A stretch of 32,447 bases of DNA from Sphaeroforma arctica JP610 (taxonomy: Eukaryota): positions 36,992 to 69,438 of the forward strand of contig NW_014040426.1 of assembly GCF_001186125.1 (NCBI RefSeq), written 5' to 3'. The position numbers and the translations under genes were made by a program. Below the pieces are notes generated by a model. It saw only the letters and a program-made list of their open reading frames with translations, did not search any database and was not told the DNA's origin. Shown piece after piece: positions 22,501 to 32,264 of the stretch; within the stretch, counting starts at the first letter, position 1, and the number at the start of each line of letters is the position of its first letter.

Positions 22501-25500
22501 TGCATATGAGTCCATCTCCTACAAACAAGGCAGTGCACGTCTTACCCGCATTGTTCATGAACGTGAGCTGATAGTCCTCAGGAACCACCTCAACCACCAC
22601 ACCCTTGACCGTCACAGCCGCCCCAGTCTTGGCCTGGTTACAACTGAAGGTGCTGTTAGTGACCGTGGCCGATTGAGATGCCCACACAGCCCCACCCTCG
22701 AGCACGGCAGAGTTCCCAACCACCTGTGAATTCTCAATGACAACATTTGAAAAAGCCGAGTAGAACGCACCCCCAGTTGTGGCAGAGTTATCAACGATAA
22801 ACGAATCACGTACAGTAATGACCTCGCCCTTCTCAAACGTCATGATGACACCCCCTGATTGACCGGCCCTGTTATTACGCGCCGTGACATTTGTCATTAC
22901 CACAGTATTGGCTCTGGCGACCCCACCATCGAACTCTGCCTCGTTGTTTTCAAACAGACAGTTTTCAATCTCAGCTTTGCCTACGGATGAGAATACGCCC
23001 GACTTTCCGGGTTGAAGGCCAGAGGGATCCTTGAGTAAATCCTCCCACTCCCACCAATCAACTAGAGCTTTATTGTTTCGGAATGTAGAGTTTCTTATGA
23101 ACATGCCTGAGTTGTAGGTATTCAAAGCGGCTGCCTCAGAGGCTATGTTGTTCTCGAACAGACATCTGTCGACAGTCAGTACACCCAGATCGGCCGTCAC
23201 AGCACCCATGATGATTCCGGTATTGTCACTCACAGTACAGTCCTCAAGAGACACGTCAGCCTGCAGAGAAGAGTTAAACTAGTGTCAGGGGCATAGAAAC
23301 GCAGACGACCACCTACACCAATGCGCATACCGCATCCTTCGCTGTAAAAGATGGTACAACACATAACAATCACAATGCAGACAAATACACATACCTGAGA
23401 GTACACAGCGGACGAGAAATCACAGAAGTTATTGGTCATGGTACAGTTGTAGAACTCAAGCGCTCCATTAGAATTACCCACGCCGGCCAACTCGACTGCC
23501 ATGTTACTGTCAAATACTGTATTGTAAAACCTTCCGACGGACGTATCGTCGTTGATGAAAAAGCAGCCTCCAACGCCACCAAAGTGATTAGTCATAACCG
23601 AATCACGTATCGTCAGATCACCACGGCTGAAAATTCCGGCCCCGAGAGAGACACCTGGAGCGTCAACTTGTGAGTTGCCATCAAGCGTCGAGTTAACAAC
23701 CTCTAACCTAACTTGTGCAAGAAGGGCACATCCGTTCTGAAACAAAATGTTCAACAATGTGACAGGGTGAGTGAGAAAACGTGAATGAATACAATGGGAC
23801 CTTAATATATTGAGAACAGTATGACATGAGAATAAAATCATTCTTAATTGATGCTCAAAAGTGTTCCAAACAGGGGCCAAGAAGACCAACGTGCGGAAGA
23901 ATATATAAATAACATGTGACCATATCTTCACACTTCCGCATCACACTACCACACTGATACGCTACGTTTCTGCAGTACGAGCTGCACTTTACATAGACAA
24001 GAGATGTTGTTCAGGAGAAGATGGAACTCCGACAAGCAAGCGAATCGCATTCGCTAATAACGTTTCTTCATATTTGTAATGTCAGCGATTGCTACCGAAC
24101 AATGCAATGTAGCACACAACAAACGACGCAACAAAGCGTGCTGCATCATTTTGGTGATTGTGATTTGCGAATAAAATGTATTGAAAATTGACGTCCCACA
24201 CACCTTGAAGCATCTATTGTTTACAAAAGTTGAGTTCTCAACTAGGTAGGTTGAGTCACCGCATAGGGCACCGCCAGAAGAAGCCTCATTGTTTTCAAAG
24301 TAACATCCAGTAACTGTGGCGTTTTCCATAGATCCCATGTATAAGCCACCGCCGAACTTTAATAATGAGCATGCATGATGTGGTGAGTATGTGTGACATC
24401 GAGCATGGAGAGTATGTGTGAAATCGAGTAAAGATCCGTAAACAATTTGTACACCACTATAGCTAATTGTATTGAGCAAATATACTATATAACTTTGTAA
24501 CCCGACACAATCAAGAGATTGGTTACAATTTGGACAACACTGCGGTAATTTGTCGAGGCTTGAATTTTAGGCACAGGGCTCGGCCCTAGTAGGCAAGTTA
24601 ATGATCATTGGAAAAATTATAAAACTCGAACTCACATACCGCAGTGGCGACGTTGTAGTTCAGAGTATTGTTGATGAAGCGACTATTTGAAACGTAGGTA
24701 GAAGCGCCATCTATCGAGATACCGGCACCAGACTGTTCGGCCGATGTACTTCCGCAATTGGTAACTGTCATATCGTTTACAGTCGAAGTTGTGGCATGTA
24801 TTTCTATCCCCCGGCCGGTACACGAATCTACTGTGAACCCCTCAAACTTAACCGAGTTGATATTTGGGCTGGTATCCGGATCTGGACCCTGTGAATAACA
24901 GCAAATGGCACGACTTGAATGTCTATGTTGCAACAAAAAGAAGCCTCACCGAAACTAAATTCCTACAATTTATATAGCCGCTGTGGACAATTGTCTGTAA
25001 GTGATAATACAGCCCGGGTACAGAGTGTCATGTGCATATACTCCAAAACGGAACCAGAGTGCGATATGCAATTCCTGGGAATGTAACATGGCAAAACGTA
25101 TTGTACGCAACTACTGAGGAAGTGAAAAACTGCAATGTCACCAAATAATCCCTTCATGAACGATAGCTTTTGTTGTAGAGGGTGATCTTTGACTGTACTG
25201 ATATGTGCATAGAATACCCTTTACAAAGGCCGTACCCTTAGCAATGAAGTGGAGCAAACCTGATTTGAAATCGAGGGTCATACTTGGGGCATACTTGGTG
25301 TGATGATACTAAACCCCACTTTATGCATATGTGAACACAATTTGGCTTACATAATTGAAGTGCTCTGCCAATTTGAATACACTGCACTTCGTGCAAAACT
25401 CAACACGCATAAGATTTACTCAACAGCCTGAAGCACTGTGCACTTGACAATTAGATTCGAAATTATGGCGAATACACATGTAGTTAGATGTCCATATGCA

Positions 25501-26046
25501 TTTATTAAGTCGAACAGCCGATGTGTTGTGGGAGATATATTTGGCAATGGTCATTGCGGTGCACGTCCGCGAGTTCACTGTCCCAAGTTGCACTTGCGCT
25601 TCAAACTAAGTTTATATGTACACCACATCATCTGTGTACACATACCGAATAAACCAACCGAGTATGAAGTAACTTGACAATGAAATGTGAAGAAGACTTA
25701 CCCTTAAATCGAAAGCCTCCATGCCCGCCAGTTCCGGATTGCACGACACAACCACATCGGCACACGCGTTTATGTCAAAGACAAGTTGTGTGGCGCTATT
25801 TTTTATCGTGTTTGCCAATGATATGGACTGCACCAATGTCATTTCAATAGGTGCATCGGCTGCAAATGTAGCCATCGCATCTTCAATTGTCTCATGGCAT
25901 GCATTGTTTGCGTATACAACACATGCCGTATTGGCTTTATTGGCAGTGCAAATATCGGCTGTAGAGGTAGTTTGAGCCAGCACAAATGTGGAGCACAAGC
26001 CTAGTACCAGAGCCAAGGTAGAAGCCTGTAAGCGAGCCCTTGTCAT
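16454..26046 (-). CDS. Receptor tyrosine kinase, 15 exons, ~1526 aa: signal peptide, parallel beta-helix repeats, EGF-like and TNFR-like Cys repeats, SEA-like module, TM, tyrosine kinase, Tyr-containing tail
   Basis: Manual GT-AG model with consistent phases: 26046-25702, 24888-24640, 24356-24204, 23736-23395, 23260-22115, 21851-21582, 21158-21028, 20523-20102, 19751-19519, 19038-18795, 18651-18391, 17941-17595, 17475-17255, 17033-16897, 16533-16454. Sum 4581 nt with no internal stop found. Kinase motifs GKGAFG, CAIK, HRDIAARN, DMG, PVRWMAPE, SDVWGF. The last two exons are less certain. Confidence 0.9.
16897..17033 (-). CDS. RTK exon 14 (tail)
   Basis: Phase-2 CAG acceptor gives NSNAQDAADRSNYDTL...LYVEVQQAS; donor G|GTGGGT. 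Confidence 0.6.
17255..17475 (-). CDS. RTK exon 13 (acidic C-terminal tail)
   Basis: TAG|QCPNYKDVEEFDE...AYSEL...NYDSVEPSK; donor GG|GTGAGT. Open frame not in the ORF track. Confidence 0.75.
17595..17941 (-). CDS. RTK exon 12 (kinase subdomains VIII-XI)
   Basis: NYVKQ, LPVRWMAPE, SDVWGFAVCVWEVF, CW...RPKF. Confidence 0.93.
18040..18360. repeat. Degenerate TA/CA/TG low-complexity tract in RTK intron
   Basis: Direct observation. Confidence 0.8.
18391..18651 (-). CDS. RTK exon 11 (kinase subdomains V-VII)
   Basis: LLEYMDLGDL, HRDIAARNVLL, KISDMGLAR. Confidence 0.93.
18795..19038 (-). CDS. RTK exon 10 (kinase subdomains I-IV)
   Basis: LGKGAFGQV, CAIK, FLREA, LDHRNVVRMIGV. Confidence 0.93.
19519..19751 (-). 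CDS. RTK exon 9 (transmembrane helix and juxtamembrane)
   Basis: LIVAIVLVSLFALAAVCAAVYFVW followed by basic SRSR; ends GWLPRNQ|GT. Confidence 0.9.
20102..20523 (-). CDS. RTK exon 8 (Cys repeat plus SEA-like membrane-proximal module)
   Basis: EDRVCTSC...CSATSDAVC...GFTPGSVNAEMQF; donor G|GTATGT, phase 1. Confidence 0.88.
20645..21005. repeat. Degenerate TA/CA low-complexity tract in RTK intron
   Basis: Direct observation. Confidence 0.85.
21028..21158 (-). CDS. RTK exon 7 (TNFR-like repeat)
   Basis: CAG|CVPITVC...STENSDRECTPYTVC...; donor CG|GTAAGT, phase 2. Confidence 0.85.
21582..21851 (-). CDS. RTK exon 6 (Cys-rich repeat)
   Basis: CAG|DQSCIRCATC...CSVTTNTVCTCPLGKTGLDC...IKQ|GTATGA. Confidence 0.88.
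22115..23260 (-). CDS. RTK exon 5 (beta-helix end, EGF-like and TNFR-like Cys repeats)
   Basis: Repeated FxNN and GGA/GGV motifs; CGANGVC...CDC; CLECSTC...CTATRDTLC; CDSGFTGPTC; donor GAG|GTAAGT. Confidence 0.92.
23395..23736 (-). CDS. RTK exon 4 (beta-helix)
   Basis: CAG|NGCALL...LGAGIFS...FDSN...SAVYSQ|GTATGT. Confidence 0.85.
24204..24356 (-). CDS. RTK exon 3 (beta-helix)
   Basis: FGGGLYM...FENNEASSGGAL...FVNNRCFK|GT. Confidence 0.85.
24640..24888 (-). CDS. RTK exon 2 (beta-helix)
   Basis: CAG|GPDPDTS...SGAGISIDG...FINN...ATA|GTATGT. Confidence 0.85.
25702..26046 (-). CDS. RTK exon 1 (signal peptide and N-terminus)
   Basis: MTRARLQASTLALVLGLCSTFVLAQ; donor AGG|GTAAGT, phase 0. Confidence 0.85.
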
Positions 26047-27104
26047 GATGATAGCAAATTCGATTTTCTGAGTTATGCAATAACGTGTGCACTTGCGTCC
26101 CTTTGATGAGGTGAATACAGGTTATAGTTACTAATTCTAACACACTTGAACTCCTATTTGCTCGCTAATTTGGCTATAGCCACTTCTTAGAAGTACACAG
26201 CTCTCGCGACTTGCCACTAATACGAAATTAGTATATATGTGTGAGTTTATGGCGACGCACATGTGTTCCTCAACGTGCGTTTGACCGGGTCGGTATACTA
26301 ATGCGAGCTTGATTGATATATCACACGCATGCGTCGCGAAAGATGTAAATACGAGTGTGAAGACTATCCGCAAATAGACCTCGTTTTTTTAATTTTTACC
26401 AGCAGAAGAGAACATAAATATATAAAATATATAAATTGAAATCGTCTTGTCGCTTTGTGTGAAATTTCAATATTTTTTAATTAAAAAAATAGAAAAAAAT
26501 GGTTTGAAAAGGTTCGAACTTCGCCTTCTATTTTTTTTTGTGTAAAAACCACAAAATATATATTTTTAAAAATCGATTCTGCCGCTAAATATTTTTTAAG
26601 TAAATATTTGTCCAACGCGAGTCTACGAAAGCGAGAGGTGGACTGGGGAGTGCAGACAGTGCTGAGTGCCGGTTGCCGATTGCCGACTTCCGAGTGTCCC
26701 GACCAATTATTTGCTTTTGTTTTTGTTTTTGTTTTTTTTTCAAAACCGATATATATGTGGAAAGTTAAAGAGGAACTCTCAGAGACTCGGGATTCAGGAG
26801 TTAGAATTTCAGAACTCTCACAGGACACAGAGTCACTCGGTCTCAGTCTCAGAGTCTCAGTCTCAGACTGTATGTGTTCGAGTGAGAATAACATATTCCA
26901 GCAACAGAAACAGAAACTCAACCAACTAAATATAATATTTAACAAATCTCACTATTGTTGGGGGGTTTTTTTATTAAATATTCGGCACTTCTCCAAGTAA
27001 AAAAATCAAAATCAGTCTCGTGTAATTTTATTTATTTATTATAAACAAATAGCTCTCAATTCTAGGTCTGGGGACTGGGGAGTGGGGCCAATGGGACTGG
27101 GACC

Positions 27105-27696
27105 GACTTTGTCTATACGACACCCGTCACTATAAAATTATTAACGCCCATCCGGTCCATTCGCAAATGTAAGGTCGATATTTATGGGCCCACGAAGGCG
27201 ACTTTGTCTCTAAGTACCGAACTATTACGCGTAGACACCACTTCGCAAAAATATATTTTTACCGATCAACGGTCAAGTATCAGCTTTCGGTAAATAATCT
27301 ACACCTATTACCTGAAATAGAATACAACGCCTCAGACTAGAGAGAGCCAATGTTGTGTTAGACCTGTGAGCGTGAATTCGTGGATCCATACTTCTGAATA
27401 TTATAAAAAATATCGGTTCATAGCCTTCTAAATTATACACAAGAAGAAAAGAAGACTGCATGTGTAAAATATGATCGTTTGGTTTGCACAATTGCACTGT
27501 AGTTCAACAATGTTGAATTTGGGTTTGTCCCGTTGTTGTAAATTCCAGGTCCAAGGGATTTTGTCCTGTTCTGTGATTTCAAATAGAACATAAATTCAAA
27601 AATCAATCACTCGGTTCATATAGATAGGAATACTAGTAGGGCTCGGGTATTAAATTTTTTAATGTGACGGGTGTCGTGTAAACATTAAACAAAGTC
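27105..27696. mobile_element. MITE-like non-coding element with terminal inverted repeats
   Basis: Left GACTTTGTCTATACGACACCCGTCAC (27105-27130). Right GTGACGGGTGTCGTGTA...ACAAAGTC (27664-27696). Perfect inverted core ACGACACCCGTCAC. Confidence 0.6.
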
Positions 27697-28476
27697 CTGT
27701 TTAAGAAAAAAGGGGGTCTGTAAGGGTCTGTGAGTCTGTAGCCTGTAGTCTGTATTCTGTGAATTAGGATAAATCAGAATTCAGCGCCTCAATATTTATT
27801 TTAAAACAATTAGAAAAATAATGCTAGTGCCTTCTAGTCGTAGAGTACTCTCAGACCTCAGTCTCTTGTTGTCTCTCACTTCTTGTGGTGTATATTGTTG
27901 AGGACTAAGTAATGAGGGCGTTGAGGGCTTGAGGCCGAGGGCAAGAAGTTTCAAAAGTCGCAAGGAGTCGATGGTACTCCAGCAGAGGGTTGCGGCACGA
28001 CAAAAAAGAATGCATTCGTCGTTCAATAGTCAAAAAAAATTCGATACAGAGGTATAAAAATAAAATAAAAACACAAATATTTTGTGAAGAAAACATTGCT
28101 TTCAAAAAAGCATGGTCCTCAGGCCTCAGTCCTCACTAATAGTTCTAGAATCTCTCTAGTGAGTCTCTACTATTGTTTATTTTTTTTAAATAGAGTATTT
28201 CGTTCGCTACATACTGAAAGTCTGCGCTAAATTTTAATATTTACGATTTTCGCTACTGTACTTGATATCCGCTTGAGAGACCCAAGCCCCAAGGGCCAAG
28301 ACCAATCACTCAAATCCTGATCCAACAGAGGACTATGAAAACTGAAACAGAAATATGCAGATTTGTTTTTGTTTTGCTTTATATTTTTACAAAATAAAAG
28401 TTGGTATTCAATTAAATTCAAGAAAATAAAACATAGTTATTTACTCTATATTTAAATAGTCAGGGACTCAGGCCTC

Positions 28477-29005
28477 AGGGGGTGTCTTTAAAAAACGGAA
28501 TCAGAAATTTTTGATTTTGAACGTTCAGAATCAGAAAAGCATAAATATATAAACTAATTAGAAGGCCGAAAAAATGTTTATTTTATGAAAATAAAATAAA
28601 ACTTTTTCTGAACGAGGACAAAATTTCGAGAACAAAAGTTGTTCTCAGAATTTAAAATAAGAATCAGGGAGTACGTATTCAAAAGCTTGTTTTACGGTAA
28701 CTGCGATTTTCAAGCCATAAACGTACTGTCGACCTTGTGAACCGTTTTTCAGTCATCGTTTCTGATTGATGGAAAAAGTGAAACCCACTACATGGTCCCT
28801 TACAGAGAAATGATGAGTCACTTTTCTCAGGAGTCAGAACTCTCTGAAATGTACGGGAACGAGTTACACCGAAAATTTGCCGAAGACCCAAATGTTCAAG
28901 AAGTGCACAGTACGAGTCATCATGCACCAATATTGTACTTTCTGTCCTTTCTGATTCTGGCTCGGTACAGAAATTTCTGATCGCGTTAAAAAAAGACACC
29001 CCCCT
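28477..29005. mobile_element. MITE-like element with long imperfect terminal inverted repeats (AGGGGGTGTCTTT...)
   Basis: Left AGGGGGTGTCTTTAAAAAACGGAATCAGAAATTT...CAGAATCAGAAA. Reverse complement of right end AGGGGGGTGTCTTTTTTTAACGCGATCAGAAATTT...CAGAATCAGAAA. A third terminus-like copy lies at 29599-29611. Confidence 0.7.
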
Positions 29006-29104
29006 TATTACTCATTAAATTCCCTTTTGTGTTATTATTCTACTTTGACTCATTGCCTAATTTAGAAGGCTATGCTTGACAGCTTGACACAAAAACAAAT
29101 TGCC

Positions 29105-29392
29105 TTCACAGTTCACAAAAAATTCTTAAATTTTTGGATTGGGTTTTTGTTTCTAAAAACAAATAGATTAAAAAAAATTACCCAACTAAGTTTAGAATCC
29201 AAACACTGGTTTTCCAACTGATATAGTTTTTCAAAAACTTCACGCCTTCACAGATGACAGTTCATAAGTTCACGGTTCACACTTCAGTGAACTTGACTGT
29301 TCACAGACTCGCAGTTCACAATTCTGAAGTTCACACTTCACCCGCTCCGTTCAGTGTTAAGTGTGAACAGTTTAAACTGTATATTGTTCACA
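29105..29392 (+). repeat. Cluster of (G/C)TTCAC motifs
   Basis: About a dozen irregularly spaced TTCAC copies plus two inverted GTGAAC. Confidence 0.7.
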
Positions 29393-30170
29393 CGCAAATA
29401 TATTCAAAAACTTTTATATTGTTTTTTAGAAACAATATTTTTTTGCTTTTTTTAAAATTTTGTAAGATAGGTATTTAACAGCACAATGAGTACATACATA
29501 AGAATGGTTTTTTTTAAAGTAAATCATAAATATAAAGAAAACCAAATTGTTTTATTTTAGAAGACTATGAACAAATATGTATATAGTAATTGCCCAAGAG
29601 GGGGGTGTCTTAATTGTCCGTGTCATAATATATGTATTTTGTTTTAAACAAAATAAAAAAGAAATATCGAACCAAAACTCTCGCTGAGGCCTGGCAACCT
29701 GGCTGCCCAGGGCACTGCTGGGCTGGCAGCCTAGCAGGCTGAAGCCCTGGAGTCTGGACTCTGGCGACTGGCGTCTGTTGGTCTGGTGCCCGGTCTGCCC
29801 CCTAATCCAGTAACTTTTTTTATTTATTTAAAAAAATATATAGCACAACACTCATAAAATCACCCTCTTTTGATCCGAAACGTACGTAACGGTATGTAAT
29901 TTTTTTTAAAAACGCGTATATTTAGCTTTGTGCAAACCGTGCGAATACGGTATTAATTCGGTCAACGGCGTGTTTCGCAATGCTACTCTGAGCTAGGCTT
30001 TCAGACTCTCAGTCTCTACTCTCTCTGAGAGTGTGTGTCTATAGTCTATACTCTATAGTGTCCTGAAAATCGCCCAATTGGGGGGTATGTTCCGCCTGAA
30101 TGGGCGATATTTGGTTTTAAAATCATTTTCTCACTATTTATTTTTTGAAAACAATGGGACATATTTTTAA

Positions 30171-30863
30171 CCATTCAGCAGCAGGATAATTGTTCTACAC
30201 CAATGTATGGCTACTCTTGTTAAATCTAAGTCTTTTTCCATTTATATATATTTATTATTAACTTTTATATATTTATATTTTAAACGTTAATTTACACACT
30301 TGATATACGCGTAACACGACTATTCTTCGTCGGTGGGGTGTGCTTCACGAACGTGTGCGAGAAAGCAGCCTTTGTGCACGCCGAGCCCACAAGTACTGTA
30401 TTCATCACCACTTCTACACAGCTTTTTGATACAGCCAGAGTATCGACAGTACTTGCGGGCGAACCTCAAACCTGTCACAACTTTGTTCACCTTCCTTGTT
30501 TTTTTTCACACTTCATTTCCTTTATCGGTGTTGTGTGTGCGCCAATACCAGATAAAGTTGAGACATGCATATACACAGTTGCGAACGTCAGTGATTCTGT
30601 TTCCCGTTTTAGAAATCATTCGCGAATACTTGATGGAGGATCCTCTGATCTACCTTCTCCTGAGAGTCCGTGTGTGTACTTTTATACAACACAGAACATG
30701 CATCAATGATGATACACATACCTAACAGTTGTGTAGTACCAACTCGCTATTCCCGCGTAAGGACTTCGAGCTTCTTGTCTACGTTTTGTGTATCTTGCTG
30801 ATGTCTGTTGCGACGATCGACTAAATTGATGTAGCTGGAATACTGTTCAACGACGTGAGGCTG
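30171..30863 (-). mobile_element. piggyBac-like DNA transposon 3' relic (transposase C-terminus and probable terminus)
   Basis: Minus strand QPHVVEQYSSYINLVDRRNRHQQD...*RVGTTQLLGMCIIIDACSVLYK (from 30863) and Cys-rich tail RKYCRYSGCIKKLCRSGDEYSTCGLGVHKGCFLAHVREAH...* (stop 30322-30320). TTAA|CCATT at 30167-30175 resembles a piggyBac end. Confidence 0.65.
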
Positions 30864-31112
30864 CCTACTTCATTGCTACAGAAGATCCTTAGATAGGAAG
30901 AGACCGAAACGTAAATCTCGGTGACCCGCAAGTCACCAGTGTAAAACTGAATGCCAAGTTCAAAAAACTCACAGACCCCACTAAAAAGTCACATAGTTTC
31001 ATACCGGACCTGGAGTTTAGATTTTTTTTTTCTCGAAAACAAAATCCCAGTGGGGAGTTTGGGGACCCACAGTCCCACGACCCACAGACCACAGTCCCAC
31101 AGCCTCCGAAAA

Positions 31113-32264
31113 ATGTCGGGCCAGGCTGAATCCCCAACTAAAGCGCTCGTCCCCAACGACTCCTTGCACAATGACCAATGGAAATTGGATGTACAAAAAT
31201 CTATCACAGACCTGTCTGCCCAGGTCAATACTCTACAGGCTAATCTCAACCAAATGTCGGGACCGGCCCTACCAACCCTGGACAAAAATGGGCCCATCTC
31301 TAAAGAGCCTCTGGCTGACGACCAATGGAAATCAACCATGCACCAAATACTCTCTGAACTCTGTGCTAAAGTGAACAACCTCGAATCCGAACTCCGAGAC
31401 CTTAAATCCCAAACCTGTGCACCTCTAAATGAATGCACACCCAACACCTTCCTGTTTGGCTCCACAAGACCGCCAGCTCCGCCAGCAAAAAAAGACCGAG
31501 GCCACAGGCGCCCGTTAGCAGCAGTGAGCCTCCCAGCTACCGCTCAAAAGTGGGCAACCCCACAAAACCGACTCCCCAAAAAAGCCCCGATCTCACCGAC
31601 CTCTCAGTCCCTACTGCAGCCGCCAGTACCCGCACACTTTCTGACGAAAGTGATGGGCCGCCCGATGCTGGACAAACTCTCCACGGAAATGGATGACATT
31701 ACTCCGGTATGGCTCTTCCTTCGGGCAATTTTTCCCAACGGCAAGCCCCCATCCTAATCAGTATTTGAAAAATACTGGCACGCCCAACCGCTCCTCAATC
31801 GCCACCACTTTGTGTTCCCAATGACGCTGTCGCCCAGATGAAACGACATGCAAAAAAAACCAGACCCCCGCTCCCAACAACATCCTGACGCTACGAAAGC
31901 AGCCTTAATCCACTATCTCCGCACCAAGCGGGAGGACCGCTGTACACGTGAACAAGCACCAAAATTTCTTGCTCGTAGCATGGATGCTTTACTGGACCCC
32001 CTTGTTAATTCCACCAAAGCATATATTCTACAATGTATCACGGACCGGCTCCAGAAGGCATATCAAGCAAAACATAATACAAACCGCTTGTCACCTAACC
32101 CACGAATCCCGACAGGCGCTAACACACAGCCAGAAAGTGCGCATCCCGGACGACCCCACGTACCAACGGTCTTCCCCGCACAGCCTCAACCTTCCACCGC
32201 AGACTCTTCGACGACAGAAACCGATATAGAAATGGCTGATATCAACAAGAATAGGGCCCAGTAG
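31113..32264 (+). pseudogene. Disrupted ORF with duplicated coiled-coil motif and Pro-rich regions; possible retroelement gag/ORF1 relic, product unknown
   Basis: ATG at 31113 (MSGQAESP). Repeat NDQWKLDVQKSITDLSAQVNTLQANL / DDQWKSTMHQILSELCAKVNNLESEL. C/A-rich coding-like composition split across ORFs 30951-31757, 31433-31696 and 31848-32264. Confidence 0.35.

Noticed and set aside
24889..25701. Extra RTK exon inside the 813-bp first intron
   Set aside because: Exons 1 and 2 join in frame and no convincing open frame with splice sites or repeat motifs was found; not fully excluded without RNA-seq.
26481..27000. ORFs 26481-26945 and 26608-27000
   Set aside because: They run through poly-A/T and stutter tracts, giving low-complexity translations with no domain signal.
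29105..29392. CRISPR-like array from GTTCAC repeats
   Set aside because: Repeats are only 5-7 bp, irregularly spaced, with no cas genes and a eukaryotic context.
30333..30725. Plus-strand ORFs 30333-30725 and 30338-30709 as genes
   Set aside because: Antisense shadows of the minus-strand transposase relic with no recognisable motifs.
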